A DNA stretch of 64,000 bases, taken from contig OU015569.1 of NCBI GenBank assembly GCA_907165135.1, forward strand, positions 4,836,001 through 4,900,000, given 5' to 3'. Positions 44,800 through 56,700 of this stretch are shown piece after piece. Position 1 is the first letter of the stretch. Each line of letters starts with the position of its first letter. The translations under genes were made by a program, and so were the position numbers. The notes below the pieces were generated by a model, which searched no databases, had not been told where the DNA came from, and saw nothing but the letters and a program-made list of their open reading frames with translations. Source of the stretch: Oikopleura dioica (lineage: Eukaryota > Animalia > Chordata).

Positions 44800-45685
44800 G
44801 TTAATGAGTTGAAAACGGCTAAAAGTACGAACAGAAGAAGCACCGCCAGGACTGGGCATTCCAGATAGCGTCATCCCACATCTCAAGGTCAGTTCCGTCT
44901 AGTCGGCAGTTTTATTTACAGAATGAGCCATCTTAGCGATTTATATCCTTCGCGGGTTCAGGTCGAACTTGAGACACAAAGGGTCAATTCGTTGAATCAT
45001 CAACTGTAACTCCTTTTGCGGAATATGATGAAATTGTATTAGGGTCCGACTGGAGAGCGACACACGGTCAACATCAACAACATTCCTCGGCCCGCAGTGC
45101 CTCCATCTGGCGATCTCGTCTGGATCCCAACAACCACTTCCACAACAACAACATCAACGACGACAACAACGACTACTACTACCCGACGAACAACGAGAAA
45201 AACAACGCCGCGTCCTCGACGGCCTTGCTACAGCTGTGAAGCGAGAAAAAAGGCAAAAGCTAGACTCACAACCCAAGCTCCAACGACAATGAAGCCGAAG
45301 CCAGCTACAGTGAAACCAGCAATAATCGCGCCTAAAGTCTCGAAATGCAAAATGAATGAACGCGACGAAAACTCGCCTTGTAAACCATCGCCGTGCAAGT
45401 CAACTTGGACAGGTTTAATTCAACTTAAATTACACTTTCTACAAATTACTTAAGTTTGTCAAGCGCGTGTTGCATGCAAAAATGCTGCTGCGAAGAAGAA
45501 GCAAAAATGCGTTGTTAGAAGAATTCAAATTATCAGAAATAAACGACATCAAGGTTTGCTATTTTCATAAATTAAAATTCATCAAATTCATCATAGAACT
45601 AATCCGAGCGAAACGACAGAAACTAAAATCCGACCAAAAAGCAAAGCGCTCTACAAAAAGAAAATCAAGAAGAATTGAAAGCTAG
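44800..45685 (+). CDS. Thr-rich (mucin-like) protein with a Cys-containing, very basic C-terminus; 5' end unresolved
   Basis: Exon ~45045-45412 encodes IPTTTSTTTTSTTTTTTTTTRRTTRKTTPRPRRPCYSC...CKPSPCKSTWT. Canonical phase-1 introns lead to VCQARVACKNAAAKKKQKC...RHQ and ELIRAKRQKLKSDQKAKRSTKRKSRRIES-stop (45685). Confidence 0.6.
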
Positions 45686-45825
45686 AAAAATTTTTAGTTA
45701 TTGAAAATATCGATTGTAAATATTTTGTATCTGTACAGTTTTAGTTTATTGTCGACAATAAGTATGTAAATACAAGTAAATTTGAATTGGTACGAGTTGT
45801 GGTGTTTTTTTTTTCTTCTTGACTA

Positions 45826-47060
45826 CTAATAGTACGCATAGTCAGCTCGGTGATGCATCACTAGCTTGCCGTCGACAAAATAGAACGAGTCCGATTTCGT
45901 GCTGTATGGGTTGTCCACGATTTCAGCCATTAACTTCTTGTCGAGTTTTGGAACCTAAAAGTTTTTTACCGTTTAATTGTCTGTTTACCTCGTAGATTTG
46001 CTCGGCTGAATTTTCAGAATCCGGAATCAAAAACCCAAAGTCGAAAACGAAGCTCTTCAGAAGATGATTCTTGTAGAAATGGCGCTCCAAAAGCGTGAAC
46101 TTAGAGATGGGCTTATCCCCGTTGATGAATTTGATGGTGGCGCCGATTGTTTTGAGCTTGAGGATTTCCCTTTTTAAATTGTAACGGACTTTGCTAAGGT
46201 TGAGAAAATTGCTTTGAAAGTGTTTTTGCACTCGCTTTCTTTTCATTTGGAGCTTGTTCGAAGGGCCATCAATCATTAACCAAATCTGGCTTTGTCTCAA
46301 CCTATTCGAAACGTGAGGCGTTTTCGTCTGAATACTTCAAATCGGTCTCATCTGCTTAGAGTGACTAATGATCAAAATTGTAGACAGTAATCCTCTTCTG
46401 CGTTCTCAACTTCGCAAGAACGAAAGTAGCATGCCGCACTCTTTCCTTTTGGAATTCCGACGTCGATAAGTGTTTGATTGTTCTCCATGTTCCGCAAAAT
46501 GAACCGCGTGAACATAATTCCGTAAACGTTTCGCTCAGCGGAGATTAAAAAGTCACTAGTAGCGTGATCTGAATATTTTTTAAGTACAAATTGGGCCAAG
46601 CCTGGCTCCCTGATGATGGCTTAACCTCCGAAACATTTCGAATAAACTTTTTTTCTTACCTAGAGTGGAAACGTCGTTAATTGTCAGATTTTCAGTTTTG
46701 GCTTTTTCTCTAGTTTGGATCAAATAATCATATTGATTTGAGCAATTTCTTGAGAAAGTATTTTATTCCAGTTTTTTTTTATATCCTTTTCCTGAGGTCT
46801 TCCTCCGACGCTACTTTTAGCTTTGACATTTTTCTGCTAATGGTCTCTTTGGATTTTTTGCCTCCGCGCGTAGAACTACCAGAAAGGATCATTTTCTTTG
46901 CTGCCGCCGGAGTTGAATGCTTGAATGATTTACTTGTCTTCTCTACTGGCAGCAGCGTGGGCTCTAGTCTAGCGCTCGGACGCGGATCGAACTTACTCAG
47001 CCGATTAGAAGGGCCAGCATTTGGGGTGAAATATTTATCTGCTAAATAATCGATCTTCAT
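45826..47060 (-). CDS. UNC119: UNC119 (myristoyl-binding ciliary trafficking chaperone, GMP-PDE delta fold) with an N-terminal low-complexity extension
   Basis: DFLISAERNVYGIMFTRF..., RYNL...IGATIKFINGDKPISKFTLLERHFYKNHLLKSFVFDFGFLIPDSENSAEQIYE, and C-terminus NPYSTKSDSFYFVDGKLVMHHRADYAYY-stop (45826-45828). ATG at 47060. Confidence 0.92.
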
Positions 47061-47433
47061 GAAAGAACAAAGCTTTCTTGCTGCTTTTAGAAAATATTCT
47101 TTTCAGTTTACCTCGCATCAGAATTATCCCATTATTAAACGATAATTTGCTACCAGCAGAAGAAATATACTGTATATTATATACACATATCTTTGACGCT
47201 TTATTCTCACAGTAAGGGAGGAAATTTTGGCGTTTACAGTAAAAGTTTCATTAGAATATTTTTGTGGCATGTTTATTACTCTAGACAAACACCTTTATAA
47301 ATTATAATATGCTTCATTTTCACTTCACAATATATTTTATCTTCTTCTTCATATGATATTCACTTCATTATTCTTTACTAAAAAATCCGAAAAGTAATTT
47401 GGCGAAGGGTAAGATATTTGTCATTTGGAGCGC

Positions 47434-47488
47434 GTAACCATGGGTACGAGAAAAGGGTCCCTTGTCAACAGTCCTCCGAGGTTGCCAT
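47434..47488. promoter_or_regulatory. RFX X-box-like motifs in the UNC119/DNAH10 divergent intergenic region
   Basis: Near-palindrome GTAACCATGGGTAC (47434-47447) and half-site GTTGCCAT (47481-47488) in a ~700-bp gap between two cilia-related genes. Both are imperfect matches to GTNRCC-N0-3-RGYAAC. Confidence 0.35.
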
Positions 47489-47754
47489 ATCGAGCTCAAG
47501 AGATTTTCACGAAAGAAAGGGGTTTAAGGTTTCTAGAATATCCCACTCAATAGGGATATTTGTTCGAAACACCCCCAGATCGATTTTGAGCCTCCAACAG
47601 GTAATTTTTAAGAGAAATAGCATGTCTTTTAACAAATTAATATGCAATAGATAAAAAAAATAATTTGATAAAAGCTAATCCCAATATATAAATTTATTTT
47701 TTTATAAATTTTTTTGAAAAATAAATTTGATATTTTGATAAAAGGTCGACAATC

Positions 47755-50700
47755 ATGGAGGACTCTCGGATCGAATGGATGCGCGAGCGCATATACGCTG
47801 GCCTGAACCTCACCGAGCTATCAATTTTCGAAAAGCTTCTCGAGAACGAAAAAGCAGAAGACATCATTAGAAATTTCATCCTTGGCAACCACGTCGAAGG
47901 AGACGACACAGCCCATGCTATACTCTTCTACCTAGGTTAAATTTAAATTCAGAGAACACGTTTTGTGAGATTTTTAGATCACGTTGAAAAAACACGGGAA
48001 ATCGAGGTCGAATATGAAGTGGAAGTCACTGATGATGAGGAAGAAATCGGCGACGATGAAACGACCTCTCAAGCGATGTCTGCAAGGGAATCCAACATTT
48101 CCGGTAGAAATAAAACACCTTGAAATAAAGATTAACTCTTGAACATAGGAGTTTCCGGAAAAAGCTCACGAAAATCGAATTCGCGCCGCGGCTCCAGAGC
48201 ATCTTCTTCGAAGGCTTCTTCCGTCGGTCGATCAGAGTCGAAGACATCGAATTCACAACTTGCCGAATCCAAGTCATCGGAGAAAAACGACGCCAACGAG
48301 CAAAAATCTGGTGACGAGGAAGAGCGAACAGAGAGCGAGTCAACGATTAAAGAGAAGAAGACAAAATTCATCACGGAAATTAGAATAGAAGAAGAAGAGT
48401 ACATTGATACTGTTCTGCACATTGCCGAGAAGAAGATTCCAGAAGAATTTGAGACTGCACCATGCGTCTTTTTTCTTAGAAATTTGGAGACAAAATTGCC
48501 AGGTAAAATATAAATCTTGATTCGAGGGGCAAAATTGCTGTTGGAAAACGAGCCAATCTGTTAATAATTTTCTCATTAGCTCCTGCCGACATTACACAAG
48601 CACGAAAACTTCTTCCTCGTTGCATCGAATATGGAGTGTTAAATCAACACTCTCTGGTGATGCTGAAGCAATTGATGGAAAGCGTCTTTGTCCCCTTCCT
48701 GAACATCAAAACCGGCAAAATCGAGCCCAACCCAAATGCCGAAGAGAAATCAAAGCAGAGCGTTTTCCGCGATGAGTTTTTGCTGAACTTGTCGAAATTC
48801 ACACAGCAGATTCGAAGAACAATCAACCAAATTGAAGGCAGATTCGGACTTGAAATTCCGGAAAGTGTTCAAGCCTACCAGACAGAACCGATTGAAAAGC
48901 TTGCGCAAGACAATGAGGTTATCGAACTGCTAGAAAACACTGTTTCTAACTGGCAAAATCAAGTGCTCAAAGGAAAGGATTTTGATAATATTTTAGATGA
49001 TAATTATCATTTGCCATAATCTCAGATGAAAAATAACTTCGTTCATTGCCATAGCCACTTGCAAAATCCACAAAATAGCCGTGGAAGAACAGCTTGCTAT
49101 GCAACCACAAGGGGATGGACCCATTGCCGAAATCGAACTTTGGCGGGAGCGAAACGCAGCTCTTGCCGCCCTACTTGAGCAGCTCAAGCGGCCCGATGTG
49201 CAGTTCATGCTCTCCGTTCTCCGAGAAGCGCGAAATCCCGTCATCGAAAACTTCGAAGGCGCCAAAAACGATCTCACCAAATATTCAGTTGAAGCACGAG
49301 ATAATGTGCGATTTTTGCAAACTTTGGAGCGACATTTCAAGAATCTACAACATTCCAATGACTTCTGGTATAGTTTCGGTCATAAAATGATCATATCAAA
49401 TCGAGAAAAAAAATTAAATTCTATATTTTTCTAATTTTAAAAATGATTGTGGTGTTCATCTCTATTTCTGACAAAAGTATTCAGCCAAATCATCGACACC
49501 ATTCCATCAATGATGAATTCATTGCGAATGGTTTGGATCATCTCCCGTCACTACAACAAAGACGAACGAATGGTCCCGCTTATGGAGCGAATCGCCTGGC
49601 ATCTCGCCGAGCGCGTTAAAGAAAACGTCGACTTGAAGACCATTTTTGCTGCAGAACCTCAAGACGTCAAAAAGCTCGCGAAGAACGCGCGAACTTGTTT
49701 GACCACCTGGAAATCGAGCTACCTTGAGGTTCGCGCTAGGATCGAAGAAAACGAGCGAGATGCACGATGGGAATTCGACAAGCAGCGTCTTTTCCAGCAG
49801 ACTGACTACATGGCGAGCATTTGCCAGGACATTGTAGACGTCGCCCAAGTTCTTGAGGAGTTTTATAATATTTTTGGTCCCGAACTCAAGGCAAGTCTTT
49901 ATTTATATGCGAAAAGGACTCAATTACAAACTTTTCTCCTAGGATACTCTTGAGGTAAAACTGTTACTTTTTCGTAAAAAAGCAGGCTATTCCTGATTTG
50001 CTTATTAAAAAATCAAGAATTAAAGTTTTTCAGTTCCAATCAAAAAATTATCTTCGATGATAATTAAAATCAAGTTTCCTTTTTCAATTCTAAAAGATTG
50101 CAAAAGAGCTTTGTTATTTTATCTTTTCCAAGCTTATTATTTTAGCCTTTTTAAATGATGTTTTAGGCTGTCACAGGTGATCCAAAAAGAATTGAAGAAG
50201 TCGTGGCGCGAGTTGATGCACTAGTGAAACCTCTTGAAGACTATAAATTCGATCCGTTTGCTCAAGACTGCGCTGTCAGCTGGAAGAAAGTCATCAAGTG
50301 GTTCAACAGGGAAGTTGAAGGAATCGAGGCAGAAGCGAAAAGATTCATCGACGAGTCGTTCAAATACTTGAGATCTGCAGAAGGTGCCTTTGACCTTCTT
50401 CTCAAAGTGAGTTAGTCATAGTTTTACCATTTCTAATTTTGAATTACAGTTCCAACACATCAAATCTCGTGAATCAATCAACCAGCAAATGATGAACAAG
50501 TCACAAGAGATCATCAAACAGTATCGAAAAGAAGTTGACATCATAAACGATTCCTTCCTACGTCAAAAAGATCGACCTCCGGTACCGAATGGACAGCCAC
50601 CAATTGGCGGTGCTATTATGTGGGAAAAGTCGTTGTTCGATCGAATCAAGAGGACCATAGTCAGATTTATGGAGTCGGAAGAGATGATGGCATCTGACGA

Positions 50701-53700
50701 AGGTCGCTACGTCAAGGATCACTACTTGCGAACTGCACGAAAGATGAAACAGTACGAAGACGAACTCTACGAAAAGTGGCGAGTACATACAGAAGCGTGT
50801 CTACCAGGTTACATGCGAAAACCTCTTCTTTTGAAGAACTTGGATACTGGCCGATTCGAAGTTAACTTTGCGCCAGAACTCAACGTCATCATGCTTGAGT
50901 CGAAATATCTTGAACAGCTTGGATTCAGTATTCCAGAGCTTGCCCGTAATATGGCCCTTCAAGAACACAAATATTCCATGTTTGTCGTTGGCCTTCGAAA
51001 CATGCTCGAACGATATCACAGAATCATGTCTTCACTCGAACCAGCAGAAATGGACCTTCTCAGCGACTGGGTGAAGCAACTCCAGCAGACTTTAAAAGCT
51101 GGACACACCAGACTCAACTGGAACACGCTGGGTATCAAAGAATACGTCAATAAATGCGAAAAAATGATCGATAAGTTCGAATCCCTGGTCAATCAAGTGC
51201 ACGACATCGCTGCTGATATAAATCATCGAGTAGAGCTGATAGCCATGTCCGATTTCTTCGTCTATAAAAGCGAAACGCCCGGAACACCAGATATCAAAGA
51301 CTACTTCGAAGCTGTCGAAAATCAGCGAGCTAAAGATGTTGAGCTTCTTGCGCGAAAATACCGAGCTATCGGACCTCTTCTCACAAAACTAGAAGGCTTA
51401 GTTGTTTCCACCAATTCTGGCAGATCCGACTCAATGGCTAACTACTACAAGTATTGGGAAAAGAAGGTTTATGACGCAATTGTGATTGCGGTTGTTGACA
51501 ACTTGGAAAATTTCAACTGCCAATTGAGAGCTGAAAAGCCGCTCTTTAGAATCGAGGCTGCTCTGGCTGGAACTGAAATCATTTTACGGCCAGCTGTTAA
51601 TGAGACACAAAAACTCGTCTTCAAAACGATTGGCGACGTTATTGATTCATCACGTTCGTTTGTCCGATGGATGGATGGCACCTGTATAGAAACTCCACCT
51701 CAGCCGAATCCAGACTCGGATGAGCCTTATTTATTCACTTTCCACTCCGATATTCTTCCGCTGCCCTCCGTCACTGAAGTCTGCCTAGGCATTACTGAGA
51801 ATCTCCAACGATGCCTGGTAAACTGCATCAAAATCGCTGCCAAATGGCGAAAATACTCCAAAATCTGGAAGCCAGACAAACCACTCGTGACTGAAAAGTT
51901 TGCGAATAAAGAGCCTTCATGTGTTGAATACGATCATCTTCTTGATGTGTATACGAAAATGGTCAAGGATGTCAACAACGCCACAACTGAAGAACGAGAG
52001 CAGGCTTTCATCATTTCTGTGAAGCCGATGAAGGCATCAGTCAAAATGCATGCACGAGAGTGGATTTCCGAGCTTCAGAAACAGCTTCGAATGTCAGCCA
52101 AAGTGTCCATGTTTAGTTTGGCTGATAAGTTACGAGACTTGAACTACAACTTGGAAATGGAACCTGATACACTGGAAGAATTGAAAGCTGTTTTGCAGAC
52201 GATCTCCAATATCAGAGAAATGTCAATGGAAGTCGAGTTTCAGCTGGATGATATTGACGAGCGATACAGAACACTGCTTATGTACCGAGGTGAGATGACG
52301 AAGCCCGAAGAAGAGCTCCTAGGCGAAATTCGAAAGATCTGGGCTGATCTCATCTACCGATCAAAATGCGTCGACGTAGAATTGACGCCTATCAAGAGAA
52401 AATTCACTGCAATCACTCTGGAAGAAATTACTGACTTCAAAGTGAAAATGGCCGATTTTGCTGAGCGTTTCGAAAATGAAGGGCCATCAACTATCGGTGA
52501 CGATTTAGAAACAGGCTTGCAGAAGATGAAGGAATTCTCGAAAGTCTTGATTCAGCATGATGCAAACAGACTTGAATTGGCCAACGCTGAAAAGCTCTTT
52601 GGCCTGGAAGTTACCGCTTATCCTCGATTAGTAAAAGCTAAGACTGAAATGGAAGGGCTGGCATTAATCTACGAACTATACGAGCGACAAATGAAAGCTC
52701 GAGAGGATTGGGCCCAAACGCTTTGGAGTAACCTCAACGTCGACTCTCTCACAGAAGGTATCGAAGGCTTCCTGAAAGATGCCAAGAAATTCCCTCCGCA
52801 CGTTCGCCAAATGACAGTCGCCCGAGCCCTGCAGAAGAAAATGCTCGAATTCAAGAACGCGATTCCACTCTTTGTTGATTTGAAAAACGATGCTTTGAGA
52901 GATCGTCATTGGAAATCTCTCATGGACAAGACTGGGAAGACATTTGACATGAATCCGGAGACGTTTACACTTGGTGCTTTGTTTGAAATGGGGCTTCATA
53001 ATTATGTCGACTCAATCAACGAAATCGTCACCGCTGCCACTAAAGAATTGTCAATCGAGAAGGGGCTGAAAGAGGTTTCAGAAGTTTGGGACAACATTAA
53101 ATTCACCATATCGAAATACTTCAAAGGCACATCTGATCGAGGCTACGTTTTGGGAACTGTTGACGAGGTAATACAGACACTCGACGACAATGCAATGACA
53201 CTGCAATCTATGTCTGCGTCAAGATTCATTGGTCCATTCTTGAATCAAGTGCAAACTTGGGAAAAATCGCTGTCGCATATCTCCGAAGTATGTGAAATTT
53301 GGATGGTCGTTCAGCGAAAATGGATGTATTTAGAGTCAATCTTCATCGGTGGCGATATCCGATCTCAGCTGCCTGAGGAGGCGAAAAAATTCGACAAGAT
53401 CAATGACACGTTCAAAAAGATTATGCAAGAAACAGCCAAAAATCCTAAGATCAAGGACTCCTGTCACGCTCCAAATCGACTTGAGGACTTTACCGTGCTT
53501 GCTGAAGGTCTTGAGCGATGCCAAAAGAGTTTGAACGATTATCTTGACTCGAAGCGAAATGCCTTCCCACGATTCTTCTTCATTTCCGATGATGAACTTT
53601 TGTCTATTCTCGGTTCTTCCGACCCCACTTGTGTACAGGAGCATATGATCAAAATGTACGATAATATCGCTGCTCTTGGTTTCTCAGACGGCTCGAATGG

Positions 53701-56700
53701 AGAGAAGATTGCAGTTTCAATGATTTCTGCTGAAAGAGAAGTCATGGACTTCAAGAAAGCTGTCCAAGCAGAAGGTCGCGTCGAGGACTGGATGACCGCC
53801 GTCCTTGCTGAAATGCGTGCAACAAACAGAAGCATTACCAAAGAAGCTGTTTACACTTATGGCGAGCGTGGAACGAGAGCTGACTGGATGCTTAACTATC
53901 AAGGTATGGTTGTGCTTGCCGCCAATCAAATCTGGTGGACATGGGAGGTAGAAGACATCTTCCGCAAAGTCAAGTCGGGTGACAAGCTTGCCATGAAAAA
54001 CTACGCCAAGCAACTGCACGGTCAAATTGACGAGATCGTCGCAAAGATCACGAATCCGCTTGAAAAGAACGATCGTGCCAAATACAATACTGTTCTGACG
54101 ATCGATGTGCATGCGCGAGATATCATCGACACCTTCGTTAGAGATTCAATTTTGGACGAAAAAGAGTTCGAATGGGAGTCACAATTGCGATTTTACTGGT
54201 GGAAACCAGAAGATGACGTTATCATCCGACAATGCACAGGCGAATTCGGCTATGGTTATGAATACATGGGTCTCAACGGCCGTTTAGTTATTACACCTCT
54301 CACCGATCGAATTTACCTAACACTTACACAAGCTCTATCAATGTATCTTGGTGGCGCTCCTGCTGGTCCAGCTGGTACCGGTAAAACTGAAACCACCAAA
54401 GATTTAGCGAAAGCTCTTGGCCTTCTCTGCGTCGTCACGAACTGTGGTGAAGGTATGGATTACAAAGCCGTCGGAAAGATTCTCTCTGGTCTTTCACAGT
54501 GTGGTGCTTGGGGATGTTTCGATGAGTTCAACCGAATCGACGCGTCTGTACTTTCTGTCGTCTCTTCGCAAGTCCAAACAATTCGAAACGCTTTGATCCG
54601 ACATCTTAGCCGATTCCAGTTCGAAGGTGTTGAAATTAGTCTTGATCCTCGAATGGGCATCTTCATCACAATGAACCCTGGTTACGCTGGCAGAACTGAG
54701 TTGCCCGAGTCAGTCAAAGCACTCTTCCGACCAGTTGTCGTCATTGTTCCGGACTTGCAACAGATTTGTGAAATTATTCTTTTCTGTGAAGGTTTCCTGA
54801 CTGCCAAGGTTCTCGCGAAAAAGATGACAGTACTTTACAAGCTCTCAAAAGAACAACTTTCAAAACAGAATCACTACGATTTCGGTCTCCGAGCCCTTCG
54901 TTCTGTCCTAAACATGGCTGGTAATCTCAAGCGAGGATCTCCCGATCTCCCCGAAGATATGGTTCTGATGCGAGCCCTACGAGATATGAACTTACCGAAA
55001 TTTATCTTTGAGGATGTACCACTTTTCCTTGGTCTTATTGGCGATCTGTTCCCCGGTCTCGATTGTCCTCGAGTCCGATATCCTAATTTCAACGATGCAG
55101 TTGAAGTTTGCCTCTCTGAGAAAAAATACATTTTGAAAGAAAATCAATGTGACAAAGTCGTCCAAATGTACGAAACAATGATGACTCGTCATTGCACAAT
55201 GATCGTCGGTCCAACTGGTGGTGGAAAATCTGTCGTCATCAATGCTCTTTGCCAAGCTCAAACTCGTCTCGGTCTTCCAACAAAAATGTCCATCATGAAT
55301 CCGAAAGCGCTTTCTGTTATTGAGCTTTACGGTATCTTGGATCCCGTGACTCGAGATTGGACAGATGGTGTTCTTTCAAACATCTTCAGAGAAATGAATC
55401 GACCAACTGAGAAAAAAGAACGCAGATACGTTCTGTTCGATGGTGATGTCGACGCGCTCTGGATTGAAAATATGAACTCTGTCATGGACGACAATAAGCT
55501 GTTGACTTTGGCGAATGGTGAACGTATTCGTTTACAACCACACTGTGCTATGTTGTTTGAAGTTGGCGATCTCCAATACGCATCACCTGCCACCGTCTCC
55601 CGAGCTGGTATGGTCTTCGTCGATCCCAAGAATCTCCGCTACCGTCCATACTGGGAACGTTGGCTTGTCGACCGAACTGACAAGCTCGAGCAAGAATTCT
55701 TGCCACAACTTTTCGACAAGACTGTTGACGTCCTTATAGATCTCATCCACGAAGGTATGCTCGATGGCAAGCAAGGTGACAAACTGAAGTTGATCGTTCC
55801 TCAGACAGATCTGAATATGGTCACCCAGCTATGCAAAATGCTTGAAGCTTGCTTGGACTCAGCTGAAGCGCCAGTTGACTCTGAACAAATTCTCGAAGCC
55901 GTTTATGTTGAGTGCCTTTTCTGGTCTCTTGGAGGAACACTTGTTGAAGAATCACAAGAGCAGTTCAACACAATCGCGAAAAAATTGCTTGCTTTGCCTG
56001 GTGCCTCTGACTCAGACACAAACTTTGCTCCAGCAGGTACTCTGCCAACTCGATTCAATCTTATGTATGACTATCACTTCGACATTTCTAAACGACAATG
56101 GATCCCATGGAAGATGATTGTCCCTGACTACATCCACGACCGAACAAAACCTTTCCATGAGATTCTGGTGCCTACTGTAGACACTACTCGTACCACTTGG
56201 CTTCTTAAAAAATCAGGCCATATCAATCGCCCAGTATCGCTTGTTGGTGAAAGTGGAACATCGAAATCTGCAACAATCCAAGACTATTTGCGTGGATTGA
56301 GTCCCGATTCAAACATGCTCTTGAATATCAATTTCTCTTCCCGTACGTCGTCAATGGATGTTCAGCGAACAATCGAGGCGAATATTGAAAAACGAACTAA
56401 AGACATCTATGGACCTCCTCCAGGAAAACGCCTTCTTGTCTTTATGGACGACATGAACATGCCTCAAGTGGACACTTACGGAACTCAGCAGCCTATCGCA
56501 CTCATGAAACTCTTGCTTGAAAAAGGCTACATTTATGATCGGTCAAAGGAGCTCAACTGCAAAGTCTTGAAAGACATTTCTTACGTCTCTGCTATGGGCA
56601 AAGCTGGTGGTGGTCGAAATTCGACTGACCCTCGGTTCTTGTCTCTCTTTTCAGTTTTCAACATGACATTCCCATCTGACGAGTCGATCAATAAAATCTA

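Noticed and set aside
45460-45518. Alternative Cys-rich ending SSACCMQKCCCEEEAKMRC for the Thr-rich protein
   Set aside because: It needs a different phase. The phase-1 GT-AG junction gives VCQARVACK... and links consistently to a further exon ending at 45685.
45887-45899. GAGTCCGATTTCG, resembling part of the Oikopleura spliced leader as I recall it
   Set aside because: Only 13 nt, antisense within the UNC119 coding exon, with no leader 5' end, donor or Sm site.
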